Positions 24,312 through 37,328 of a stretch of 64,000 bases of DNA are shown here, in pieces. The notes below the pieces were generated by a model that saw only the letters and a list, made by a program, of their open reading frames with translations, searched no databases and was not told the origin of the DNA. A program made the translations under genes and the position numbers. This stretch comes from Podarcis gaigeae (taxonomy: Eukaryota): the NCBI GenBank assembly GCA_964106915.2, contig OZ066923.1; one strand, 5' to 3'. Numbering within the stretch: the first letter of the stretch is position 1; every line of letters begins with the position of its first letter.

Positions 24312-26682
24312 CTTAGAAGTAAATCCAAGTGGGTTTGGTGGGGCTTAATCCCAGGTAAGTGAGGAGAAGATAACAAAATGAATTTTGTGGCACCTTAAAC
24401 AGATTAATATCAAACAGATTTATTGTTATACAAATATGTGCTGTAGAATGTAGACATTTGTGCCAAAATAACATTACAATTCTAACCGTGCTTACTCTGA
24501 AGCAAGTATCACTATGGCCTATTCCCAGGTAAATGTATAGAGAACTGAAGTCGATGTATCTACATACCTGACAGTAAATCCCACTGGACATGATGGGGCT
24601 AACTTTTGAGCAAATATGCATTGAATTGCACTGCCAACCTACTATTGGTCTTGCAAGGTACCACACAACTCTTCTTTGTGTTTGCAGCAGCAGACTTAAA
24701 ATAGCCACCCCTTTGGAATTTGCATCCAGATGATTGTTTTACTGTGCAATAATAAAAGACACAGTTGTTGTAAATACCCACATGTTCAAAGCATCTGTTG
24801 CAGGGAAATGACATTTCCCCAATACTGAGCCTGATGGAAAATAAAAGCAACAATGATTTTAATTATGGAAAGAAACAGATGGCAAAAATGCAGTATATTC
24901 ACAACTGGAGCAAGTGTAATGTTTTAGATCAGCCTGACAATGTTGACTTTTCCATTCTGTCCACCATGATACTTTAGTATGAAGCAGAAGAAAATGTAAA
25001 TATTAATATACGGGGTCATCTCTATTTTTTAAAATGAGAGTACAGGAAGATTTCACGAGTGTTAAATGTGAAATCATTTTCTTGCTTGTAAGGTGTGTGA
25101 CAGAGGTGGTCCAATGGGGGGCGCAAAGTGATAAAAATTGGGCAGGAGGTGTTAAGGCCGCTTTGTGCCCATGTCTTAAGAGCAGCAAGGCCGAAGTCCT
25201 AATCTCCCAATGGATGAATTGCTAGCTATAGATGCCACCCATCTTAATGGACCTATTTAAGAACTGGAATCCACACAAGAGACTCAGTGTGTCATGGCTC
25301 CAATTATTATTTTCCTCAATTATTATTTCCTTTCTTTATTCCAATTTTTACCGTGATGAATTTCCCAAAGTCAAAGTACAGGTTTTATTATATGCTGATT
25401 CCTTTCCAAATATTTGCATTTAGTAAATGTACACTTTAAACAAGCAACAATTTGGGAGTCTGACATAAAATGCTGGACCCAATCATAACAGGTGGGGAGA
25501 GATTTTTATTTCATTTAAGAAGTGGCTTATTCCGTGCCCCCTTTGTTAAAGTGAGGAATAGGTGTTGCCTATGTGATCCATACTACAATGATAGAGACTT
25601 TAAATGGTATAATCGTCCTCCCTGAGGAACCTTGGAAATGGAACTTCTGTGCCTGAGGCCAAGTCAGATCAGATCCTGGCTTATTAACCTGGTTTGTTAA
25701 CTGTCATTAAGCCAGAATCTTCTGCTTCAGATGTTTATGGGTGAATGTTGGCTTAATGCAAACCAAGATTTCCATACCAAGACCAGTGTGCAACCAGAAA
25801 AGGGAAGGGGCTTATGAATCTCTGGGGAAATGACTGAGCATGGTGAGAATCTTGCCTTTGTGTGTCTAGATTCAGTAGAAGAAGAAAAATGGTCCATTTT
25901 CCAGTTCTTTCCTTTAAACACCATTGTATTTGGTTTGGGGTTCCTATTAGGTAGGATAGACATCATTGTCAGTGCCAACTATATAGAAACCACGGAAAAT
26001 AATGACTTATTTCTGTAAGTCAATTGCATCTAAGCCTTCTCTGTAGAATACAAATATAACAACATATAATAACACATTCCTTAACTTCCTGGGTACACCA
26101 GTAAGACTAAATGAGGACATCAGGAAGTTTAAAAGAACCATTTGATGTGATAACAGTGTCTTTATACTAATATGGTGTCTAATTTCCTGTCTTTCCCTCT
26201 TAGAAAAAAAATATTAAAATGTATAATCACTTCCTCTTTATAACTGTCATTTGAGCTAAAAAAAAAACCTTCATTTTTTTAAAATGGTGCTGTCTTTTGT
26301 CATTACAACTGCAGGAATTTCAAACTAGTATTTGAAAAGATACAGCCATAGGTAGAATTTATCAACACAAAACTATACCTTGCTCAAATCTCTGAGTGCT
26401 GTTTTCAATGGATTTTATCACTCAGGGGAAAGAAGTGTCATTATATAGATAAAGGATCCAAATGAATGCTCAATAAATAAATAAATGGTCTAATAATAGC
26501 CAAGAAATTCTGAACAATACTGCTCAAGGAGTAACAACTAAAGGATGATTCACGGGACTGAAAATTGTCCTTAACTGTGCAGGGAATTGAATGCCCATTT
26601 TAGCTGGCTGTGCTGTAAAGTGGGTGTCAGATTGCTGCATAATGCGGACAGAAGACTGTGGTGCTATCAGGGTCAAACTTTC

Positions 26683-26847
26683 TTTTTATATAATAATTTT
26701 TATTAGTTTTCAATTACAATAGTCCCATAATAGCCACATTATAACAATGCCAAATTATAATACAATTAATAATACCAATAATTGATACGCCAAATTATAC
26801 AATTTAGGTGGCCTCCCGCGTGATAGAATTGATGGTTTGACGATTTA
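26683..26847 (-). mobile_element. Short 5'-truncated polyA retroinsertion (L1-type 3' UTR)
   Basis: Perfect 15-bp TSD CAGGGTCAAACTTTC; AATAAA plus A-rich tail on the minus strand. Confidence 0.8.
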
Positions 26848-27701
26848 CAGGGTCAAACTTTCAGGCAGAAGCCCATGCCCCCCCCCCCCAATTTAGCAAG
26901 GCTGACTTACCACATTTTGAAGTAAGCAAAGCAATGTGCGTTACAAACAAGAGAGGATCAATCCCTCTAAGTTCATAGTTCATAGTCTGAAATTACCTAA
27001 CAGCACTGCTGTCAGGATATTTTTTCAGCACATATTTAGGAATGGTTAGGGTTAGGGTTGCTGTGTTGGGATGGTGGGGCTGATGGAGGTCAAGATGGGC
27101 AGTAGTGCATCTCCCCACCCTACCCCCCACTGGCCATATGAAGGTATGGAGGCACAGGTCAGCTGGCATGTGCTATTTTAAAGTTTTAAACATGGAGTTA
27201 ACGATGGGTATAAAACTACACGCTCCAAATCACCTAACCTTCTTAGCTGCTTAAAAGGGTATATAATCTGCTCAAATATTATACAACCTTTGAAGTGAAA
27301 CAGTGAAAATCATCCGTGCTACCAGTCTTCACTCTGCCTCAAGGTTTATTTGCCGGGACATTTGGGTCATAGATCTGTTGCTGTTGTTGTTGTTTTTCTT
27401 CCTGAATACTGAGCAGTGGATTACGCACCTGAGCTTTGCTCTAGCCAGGATTTCTGGAGTTTATAAATCTTGAATTCACTTTCAATTTTTCTAGGGAGAG
27501 AACACAGCTATAGTCATAACTTTAGTTGTCAACCTCATGGCACCTGGCTATTCAGAAGCCAATGTACCAATTTTATTCTTTTCTGTTTCTTCTTAAAATT
27601 TCATTCCATACATTATACACATACATGTGCACACACAGTTAGTGATTAACTGCATCCTACCAAGATCCAGAACAAGCTTACCTAAGTTTCTGTTCAATTA
27701 C

Positions 27702-27735
<34 letters not shown>

Positions 27736-29949
27736 CCCATCCATGTCTTTTCATTCATGTAAAAGAACAGGAATTGCTGGTAGTCAATATAACATCTCAA
27801 CAATGCTCAAGAATTCCACTGGTACAGCACAGTAAGAGATAGTCAGTCCCTCTTGTCCCTCCAGATGTTAAACTCCAGCTTCCATCTGCCCCAGCTAGCA
27901 TGGCCAATGCTCAAGGATGATGGGAGTTGTCATCCAGCAATATCTGGAAAGCCATGTGTCCCCCATCCCTATTGTCCAGAGTGAGCTCAGGTTGAAACCT
28001 CTACTCTGCCATGAAGTAAATCTAAGCTACATCACTGGGTCATTGATATGACTAACTCTTGGCCCCTGCTCTGGGTTCTTGAGGTTGAGCAACAAGGGAA
28101 ACTAGAATGCTTGCTGCCAAGACTTTCACTCCACTATGCTGGTGACAAATGAGTAGTCAATGGCCTGGTTCACACTTGATAACTGTGGCGGCAAGGATGA
28201 CTTTCCATTGCCTATTGCCTTAGAGAGACCTTTCATATCACCTCACCTCAAACCCAACAGTTATCAATGGAGTCTAGTTACACATAAGCTCCGAGTCTCG
28301 GAGGCTGTTATAAATCCTAAACACACTTATGGGAGAGTAAGTGCCAGTGAAATAAATAGGGATTACTTCTGAGTAGCTGTAAAAATGTTGAGCAAGGAAG
28401 TGATGAATAGGCATGTATGAAGCCGCCCAATGGAAGAGCAAGGAAATATGTTACACAGGACAGGAAAGCGTGTTACACGGTTAATTTTCAATTTGCAAGC
28501 AAATCGAGGCAACTCATGATTCCACACAGCGCCCTCGACAAGCCCCTCACAATATGCTTCTGATTAGCAGTTGCTCAGTTTTATCCTGCTGGTGCCCTGC
28601 ACTGTGGAGATGTTTGTCTCCCAAATTGTAGATTCCTTTTGAAAATCCTCAGCTGTCTTACTTTTGCACCACACAATCCAATACACAAATAGCATTGTGC
28701 ACATATGGAAGTCTTCATGGCGACGCATATATATTCCCAGTCAAAACTATTTTACAAACCCTAATGCTTTGCAGATGAAAACACAGAAAAGACGACAGTT
28801 TTTAAACGGTAATGTTTTTTGACATTGTTCAATCTTGTTTTAGTAATTGACATAAACATGTTTAAAAAGGACTATTAATAGAACGAGCATGCTTGATTTT
28901 TTAAAAGAAATGTTTTCAGTGCTGTACAGCTGTAGAATTAGCAATCTTCACATTTTTCTGTTTGTGATTATTTGGGTGCTCCTGTAAATAAAGAACCAGC
29001 CTTTAAAATATTCTCATTAATCATAAAAATGCCATTGTCTCAACTGGCTGCAAGAAATTCACACTGATCTCTGCCTTGCCTTGTTGCTGTTATGTGTCTT
29101 CTTTTTCATATGATTAGTATTATTAGTGGCGGTAAAATATGGTTTACCCCACAGGTAATTGAGGAAAATTTTCATATTGTAGCTCATCAACTTTGAACTT
29201 GTGTATTCTGCCTCCAGACCTATGTTATATAACAATCTGTGCCTGAAATGTACCCATAAAATTGGTAGCAGTCCAAAGTATCTGGAGTTGCAGGGCAGAA
29301 AGTTCATATTTGTGACCAGCAAATAGCTGGAATAATCTTGAGCAGTGTTATGTACTGAACAACTTTCCTCAAGACGTTTTGGACTACAAGTTTCATTATC
29401 TTGGAAGACAATGTTCCTGTTTGAGACTTCTGCTTTGTTTTTGTTTTTTTTAAATCAAACTTTAACAGTGCCCTTCATGATAACCTCTGGAAGTATCGGC
29501 CTACAATTTGGCAGGCTAAAACTGCTCTGGAGGTACAGCTAGGCCAGCAAATTTCATCCATTTCCTGATTATAGTTTACTTTGAGCTGTTGTGCAACAAA
29601 TCCCCCCCCAAAAAAGTGAACTTTTTGTGACAAGGGAAATGACAGGGGGATGCAGTGGGAAGTGTGGGATAACACTTGCTTTGAGGCAATGTCATCTAAC
29701 CTGCCCACAAAGAAACCAGAATGAATGCTCATCGAATAGCCAACATTGTCTAATATCTCAGCAAACAAATCAGGATGTCTGCCCAATAAACAGGTTGTCT
29801 GGAAGTGCTCACTATCCCTTCATGCCAACAAGGGAGAGCCATGTGTGGGGCATTGCGAGCTTCAGGACCCAATGGACTACAAACACATTTTTGTGTGTGT
29901 GAACATGGAATTTAAAATCTCATCGCCCCACAGCACCCATTCTATCCTC

Positions 29950-30560
29950 CAGTTCGTTTATCTCGTCTAATCCTAGAAATTATTCACTCTGCCCTTCTTT
30001 TCAATTAGACTCCTTTAAAGGAAAAAGAACCTCAACGGAATAGCAGGGAAGTTAAATTTGAAATCAACTGAATGCCCTCAATTGTAGGGGCATAAGGCGC
30101 TTTTCAGCTCAGCTTCAACTTTGTCCCTAATGAGGGTCCTGTGGAAAAGCTCATTCAAAGATCAGAATAGGCCAGACTGTTGTGCATTTCAGCTCCTTCC
30201 AGGGAGTTCAGTCGAACAATTTCCCCTTGTCAAATGGTAGCAACAAAATTCAGGTGATCTAAAACTGATCATTTTAATTCTGCCATTTAAGTGTAATTGT
30301 AATTTTATTTTATTTGTTTTTATCTTTTCTAAAGCACTCCGAGAGGTCCAAAGAAAGGTGTTTTACAATTGCAAGTGCTGGAAGTGATTGACAAATTATT
30401 TTACAACTGGCACTTATTATTCCTTTTATTAAGAATAAAGTGGCTTTTAGAGCAAAAACAATAGGGTGAAAAGGGGATCTTTTATGCACTCATTACAAAT
30501 AGAAAATTGGAAAGGAAAAGTTGTAATAAAAGCTAAGGGTATAATCCACCAGAAAGTTCT
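29950..30560. promoter_or_regulatory. Candidate conserved non-coding element
   Basis: Repeat-free; TAATCC, CAATTA, TTCAAAG, TAATGA and TAATTG motifs. Confidence 0.35.
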
Positions 30561-30853
30561 CCCCTGAAAGCTCCATTGAAATGAATGGGAACTTTGTATG
30601 GGATCATTTCAGTGGGGTGTGCATAGGAGGAATTTGTGGCAAATTGTGCTCCAAATGGTTTTATCAGTGCCTGCACTTCTCAAGTTGTATGTTAAGAAGC
30701 TGTCAAGTAATCCAATGGACGGACAAGCAGTGGTCCTTTGGTGGGATCAGAGAAAGATTGCCATAAGGAGTAAATGGTAGATTAAATAACAACCCACCTC
30801 ATCATAGAAATCTGTAGGCCCTGATCCAGCTAAGGTCAAGCATAACTAGTAAG

Positions 30854-31204
30854 TAGGAATGGGGGGGGGGGAATTCAATTCACATTTATAGGTAACCTAC
30901 CTAATTAACATGTCTCTGAATTTTGCAGTGCAGTTTTCTAGCCACACAACATGTACAAAAATGCATATATGCCTGAAAACAATGCATTTTATTGCAGAAA
31001 ATTGCTTTGCCAGAAGGGATACGTTAGGAAAAATTGCATATCAAAATGTGTATATTGGGAGATGTTTGCATAAAAATGCTAAGTAATTTTCATGAGGACT
31101 TGCTCAAAAATTGGAAACTGCTGTGGATATATGGAGAACTGAACTTCAGACTGGAAAAAACAGCAACCGAAAGAAACAGAAATTGACAAATTCTCCCATC
31201 TCTA
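30854..31204 (+). mobile_element. hAT non-autonomous transposon nested in a palindromic MITE (host 30817-31319)
   Basis: TAGGAATGG...CCATCTCTA termini; TSD CTAGTAAG/CTAGTGAG; host ends GGCCCTGATCCAGCTA / TAGCTGGATTGAGGCC. Confidence 0.82.
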
Positions 31205-32069
31205 CTAGTGAGTCATAACTCTCATTTAACCCTACTGGAACAAATCAGTAAATATGAATGTCACTCCCTGCTGTTTTCAGTGGGACTTAGTGGTGGCAAA
31301 CATTAGCTGGATTGAGGCCACTATACAGGGAAGCTTCTTTTAAAAGTTGTTTTCACTTAGGATTGTTGTTGAAGAAAATGCATTACATAAAAGGCTCCTC
31401 TTCAACACCTGCCATGTTTCTTTCAAATCACAGTGCACAGGGATGTACATTCCTTTTAGGTGCATGTACGTAACACATCTTGGCCCTACTCTGCGTATAT
31501 GAACATACTGCATTGCATTCCTTCCTGACAATTAAGAAGTCAGATTCTGGCAGCACCAGTCACTTGGGGTCATTGCTGGGTTGCTGTTTTAAAGGGAGGC
31601 AGGAGATGGAGTTGGATTCAGTCCTAGAACCTTCATTTGGCCAGGAATCATCTCTGCATACGGCTGCCAATCCAACAAGATTTATATTCAATAAGGGAGC
31701 TACATTTGGAAACATAAAATCCAATTTAGTGATAAATTAAGGTCTTCAGGGGCAAATATATGAGCTAATCTTCTTAATTGTCAGGTAGGTGTGTGGAGCA
31801 GATGTTGAAAAATCTTCCATCTTTTTTGCAGATGTTGAAAGCAGATGCTGTACAAGCTAACGCAATGCCTAGGTTTCAAATGAAGCTCCCTTCTTGAATA
31901 TAAATCTCATTGGATTGGCAAAGGTATGGAGACACAGTTCCTGAATGAATCCACCTTCTAGGGCTGAATCCAACCCCATCTGTCACCAGAACCCAGGGGA
32001 ATGGTGCTACCAAATGAGTTTCTTTATATGTTTTCCATTTTGGTTACTATGCGAAACGAGAGTGCAATG

Positions 32070-32277
32070 TTAGACAGGCCTTTGAAGAAGCTGACTTGCA
32101 AATATGTGTTTTAGTTGGTTTAAACTGCTTGTTTTATAGATGTTTTACCTGCTTTGTTTTTCTATTTGACTTATTTAGTATGCTACTGCTTTTTTAAAAA
32201 TTGTATTTACATTATTGCCGTTATCTGCCTTGAGCATCATTTGGTGAAAGGCACAATATGAATTTATCTAACAAATT
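32070..32277 (+). mobile_element. Old L2 3' end
   Basis: TTAGACAGGCCTTTG, T-rich UTR, CTGCCTTGAGC...GAAAGGC terminal motif. Confidence 0.5.
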
Positions 32278-32299
32278 TCCTTGGAGGCCTTTTGCATAT

Positions 32300-32960
32300 G
32301 TCTTCAGCAGCATTAGATTTCCCTACCAGTTTGGTGTCATCTGCAAATCTGATGAGCATCCCCTCAATTTCTTCATCCAAGTCATTTACAAAGATGTTGA
32401 ACAACAACAGGCCCTGCACAGAACCCTGTGGCATCCCACTTGTCACTTTCCCCCAAGATTATGAGGAACCATTAGTGAGCACTCTTTGGCTTCAGTCAGT
32501 CAGTCAGTCAGCCAGCTACAAATTCAGCTAACAGTTACCTCATCCAGCCCACATTTTATCAGCTTCTCCACAAGAATAGAGAACTTTGTCAAAACCCTCA
32601 CTGAAATCAAGATACACTACATCCACAGCATTCCCATGATCCACCAAGCTTGTAACTCTGTGGAAAAAAGAAATGTGATTGGTCTGTTGTGACTTGTTAT
32701 TGAGAAACCCATGTTGGGTCTTTGGAACCACAACATCCTTTTCTAAGTGCTCACAGATCAACCATTTAATTATCTGCTCTAGGAGCTTTCCTGACCAGTC
32801 AGTAGTTACACGGGTCTTTCTTTTTACCCCCTTTTGAAGATAGGGACAACATTTGCCCACCTCTAGTCTGCAGTAACCTCACCTCTTCCTCAAGAATTCT
32901 TAAGGGTTATAGACAGCGGCTCTGAGATTACATGCACAAGCCCCTTCAGTACCCTTGGGT
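32300..32960 (-). mobile_element. CR1 LINE reverse-transcriptase fragment (degenerate)
   Basis: QHGF..TNHISFF..VDVVYLDFSEGFDKV and TSGMPQGSV..LFNIFVNDLDE..FADDTKL. Confidence 0.93.
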
Positions 32961-33264
32961 ACTAAATAATCATTGGAGAAGAGAAAGATGGGAATAAGCA
33001 AGATATAAGGGGAGAGAACGAAAAGTGTATTATGACAGAAAGATACACAGCAGGAGCCAAGATCGTAGAATATACACTGACTATACCTTTGGTGACGGAG
33101 CACATCAAAGGATAAACATAGTGAAAAGACAATGGGATTCACAATGAGGAGGAACATGCTGGCACTCGAACTCAACTGAATACGTTACAGGAATAATTTG
33201 TCTCACCAAAGACAGTGATTTGTCTGCCAGGAGTAATGTTAAAGGCAACACTGAGAGGGAACAG

Positions 33265-33266
<2 letters not shown>

Positions 33267-33329
<63 letters not shown>
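33267..33329. repeat. (TG)n(TA)n microsatellite
   Basis: Directly visible. Confidence 0.95.
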
Positions 33330-35914
33330 GCCATAAGATTGCTTCATTTGGAGTGCTGGGTATAAATGACATTAAAGTGGGAGAGGGGGAACATGTTTGC
33401 AAGATAAAACCAAGACATCTTACTTGAAGGGGTGTGGGGGAAATCATATGTTAAAGGGTGCTTTCATGTTTGCACTGCTACTTAAGAGATGACTTTCTGA
33501 TGATGATTAGGGAGTAAATTAATGGTTTTCTAAATGTAGATAGGATGGATATGTGCAACCTGCGGATAAGCAAGAGTGATTTGAAACTAGGGGAGGAGAC
33601 AGGTTGTCTCTTAAAAGAATACAGCAGAGCAGACAACTGCTGAATGGGAAGATGAAGGTGGTAATTATTTAAGCGCTTCCTTGATATCAAAGCAGAGTTA
33701 ACTTAACCCTCCCACCAGTGATCTTGCTGCTTGCTAGAAAGAGTTTTGAGTCATAGTTGCCTACTGGATGAGGAAACCGACAATGTGCTTTGCAAGATGT
33801 AGGCAACGGAGAACATACAGTAGTGGCTCAGTAGCTCTTTTCCTGGAAGCTGTGAATTTGAGCCTCTCTCAAACTAAGGAGAAATTCACACCATGCCCAT
33901 TTGAGTTGGAAAACTCAAAGGCTGTTCTGTGTGATTTTTGTCAGTTCCGCTCACTCATACGGTGTCCAAGATACTAAAATTAACACGTTTCAATGTACCA
34001 CTTCACATATGGCACAATGTTTCACCCTGACACATGATTCCGATCTGCTTAAGAGGAGAGGAATTGGATGGAAAATAGAATTGGCCATTCTCTGATAGTT
34101 GGGAATGAAGAGAATATAATCTCACTTGGTCATTGAGACTTGATGTTGACTCTTCTTTTCTTATCTCTGCAGATGCGATCTCCTGGGTGACGTGGACACC
34201 ATTAGACAGTTGAATGCACATGTGTACTCCATCCATTTTGCTCCCTCCCACGTGGCTTTGGACACTGGCAACCCACGCTATGCCACTGGTCTTGTGGAAA
34301 CAGGGATTCATTTTATATTTCACATTTCACTATTATTATTTTTACACCATTCCCTGTAGGCCAAACTAGGTGTGACATGAAAGCCAGGTGTATTTATTCT
34401 TGTATCCTAAACCTTCATATGTAAAACAGGTGGAGACTGTCTCCTTTTCTAAAATGAAATGGATGGGGTGAATCCTCTCCTACCTCACCTCATTGTGCTT
34501 CATTGCTTCAGCCAATTTTCTCCTGGACCCCCATCACTCGTGCTAGAATGTGCCAGACTGGATAAAAACACTTGAAGCAATGGAGTGCAGTTTGGTAAGG
34601 TGGAGAAGGAGAGGTTTCTCTCACCTCAACCACAGTCTAGCAAGCAGTCTATAAATGCATCCACACAGTATCATACCACTATTTATTTCATAAATAAAAT
34701 ACAAGATGGCATTACTGTAAGGTGGGGTGAGACTTCTCTTCTCACACAGCAGATTTTTGAGTACAATTAATGAATAATAATTTGACAGTTCTTTAGCTTA
34801 TTGTATTTTTTACCGCCACTGGCGTATCATTGGGACTTTCTGCCTCAGGCACCAAAATATATTGGGCTTTACTTTCCAATGTAACTATCATGCTTCCTCT
34901 AATCTTCAGGCCCACCTCACGAGCATGTGAAGTAATGGTGCTGTTTTTATGAGAATATAGAGCTGAATCTACAGCAGGGTTGGTGAATCTCTGGTTCCTT
35001 GGATGATGTTGGACTGACTGCACTGGCTGGGGCTGATGGGAACTGGAGTCCTTGACCTGCAGCAAGGCAAGGTACGAGTTACTGCCTTAAAGATTATGGA
35101 AGTGCTGGTGTATATGTCAATGAACAGAAAAGTGTTTGGGGGTTCAATCGGAGTAACAAGGAAGTGTTCAGAACACTACTGGAACTGACCAGCATTTATG
35201 TTACATATGGCTGTACTACATCATGGAAAAGTACGAACTGATACACAAGTACAAGAAGGGGAAATTGATGGGAAGATGATGCCACTGTTATCAAAGGTGA
35301 ATGGATTTGACTGTAAAAGTTGCTCCATTATTCTTTCATGTGTTGTTCCGGGGTAAATATGACCACTGCACATTTATGGTTTAATTACCAATCAGTGACC
35401 TGAAGCAAACGGCTGCCCACTTCCAAAAAGCATAATGTTCATTCTGCCCTGAACACTATAGAATTGAATATATTGGACGATCGTAGAAGGAACTCTGAAA
35501 ATAGCCAGCATTTCCTCTGTATTTTTGAAATTAAGGGCCAATTGATCTCATGTCTTCATTTCAGAATTGCCATGAACCTTGAGAAGGCCAAAGGTGGCCT
35601 GTTAGGCCTTAATATGCCATGCTTAACTTGCCATTTAAGCAGCCAACCCTCTTCCTTCCACCCACAATCTGGCCTTTTCTCTAAGCTGTCACATCACGTG
35701 ACCAGAATGTATCTGGCCTTAATTTTATCTATTTATACACATGAATTTTATTTTTAATGCATTGGCTATTTCAGTTCCATTTTTAACTAAAACTGAAAAT
35801 TAATAATACTAGGGAAACTTCTGTACAAATCAAGGAAATTGAGTTATTTCTATTTGAGGTATTTTATTATTATTATTAAAAAAGAGATTCTTACCTTGAG
35901 TAATTTTTTTTACT

Positions 35915-36325
35915 GTACTGGCCACCATATCCTTGAAAAGGTTTAATTGCTCTTCAGGGGAGAACTGTAGAGCAATTATACAAATGATACCATAGCTCAA
36001 CGATTTAAGTTATGAGGAAAGACTGGGGAAGTTGATTGTATTCTCAGTGGAATGGAAGAGACTTCATGTAACCCAACTGAAGTTTTAAAAATTATGAAGG
36101 GGATTGATAAAATTGATCCAAGCAAGCTCCTTACACTTGCAAGACCAGAGAGTTGAAAAGATATGATCTAAAAAATGGAAAGGTGGGAACAAGGGGGTGA
36201 GGGGAACGAAGGCAAAACTATTTTACACAAAAAGGGGTTAGGAGCATATGGAATAAATTACTATAAAGGGCCCCTGAAGCAAGGCGCATCACTGAATGCA
36301 AGAGGGAATCGAGGGAATTGCTAAA
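35915..36325 (+). mobile_element. Ancient CR1 LINE ORF2 C-terminal fragment
   Basis: Translates with breaks as LSYEERLGKL..FS...KIMKGIDKID...YFTQK..WNKL. Confidence 0.7.
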
Positions 36326-36899
36326 CAAAGGGAGCATAGAGAATGAGATGGTGGGAGGTAGGCAAATGGAAATAAAGGAGGCAGGGAGTATGAATACACG
36401 AAGCCTTTCATATGCTCTGCTTTCTGCTGTGGCTCCCTGGTTGTTGACGCCCTCTGTATTTCAAGACCAGGCCTCAGAATCACAAATATTGGAATCACCT
36501 CTGTGGTGCTTGCTCATCTGGTTAATCTGCTTTGAGTGGCTTCTTAGATTCACAATCCAGACATTAGATGTGATGTGCGGCAGGAGATAAGGCAGCTGCA
36601 ATTCCTCTTGCCTATCCCCCCTCCACTGCCTGTCCATCGCTTGCATCATTTCCTCACCTGCTGTTCCAAGTATCCAGGTATGTTGCACAGGAGGTGTGGA
36701 AGAGTTGAGAGGTAGCAACCAGGAAGCAGCCTCTGAGCTATAAACTGAGTCATTACTGATGTGTGGAGGTAGGATTGGCCAAAGATAGGAGATCATAAAA
36801 ACCACTCACTCCAGAGGGAGGGAGGCAGGAGTTCCACTGGGGACACCTAGAGGAAGGCCTCTGAGCATGTCTGTAACACCTATGCAAGTTCATGCATAG

Positions 36900-37160
36900 G
36901 TAGGGATGGTACTTGAGGCACCAGGGTCCCAAACTATTAGGAGTTTTAAAGATTAAGGCAAATGCTTTCTAACTGCACTAAGAATTGGACCAGGAGCCAG
37001 TGTAGGCATTCCATAACTGGCAATATATCATTCACACACATAGTTTCAGCAATCTGGTTGCTGCGTTTTTAACTAACTACAGCTTCGGAGGCAGCCCATG
37101 TACAATACATTGCAGTAGTCCAAACAGGATGTAACTAGCACAAGCTGACCACATGTCCTA
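36900..37160 (-). mobile_element. L2 LINE ORF2 fragment
   Basis: Minus strand LVTSCLDYCNVLYMGCL..VKNAATRL. Confidence 0.75.
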
Positions 37161-37328
37161 ATTTACAAAGGACATCCCTCTCTTTGAAGGGCTGCCTGGT
37201 CCAAGTCTGGTTTAAAGCTCAAGAACCAAATGGTGGTGGAGTCTTGCTTGCCCATCACTGTTAACACCCAGAGAGCAAGCTGAGCAGGAACAGAGATCAG
37301 CTGGTCAAAGCCTTCCAATACAGATGTA

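Noticed and set aside
27043-27060. TTAGGG repeats
   Set aside because: Only two full units; too few to call an interstitial telomere.
34145-34260. Strong polypyrimidine tract plus CAG splice acceptor at ~34172
   Set aside because: No convincing donor site or recognisable coding sequence follows.
36569-36878. TGTGA...TAACA segment as a solo LTR
   Set aside because: No TSD and no second copy in the window.
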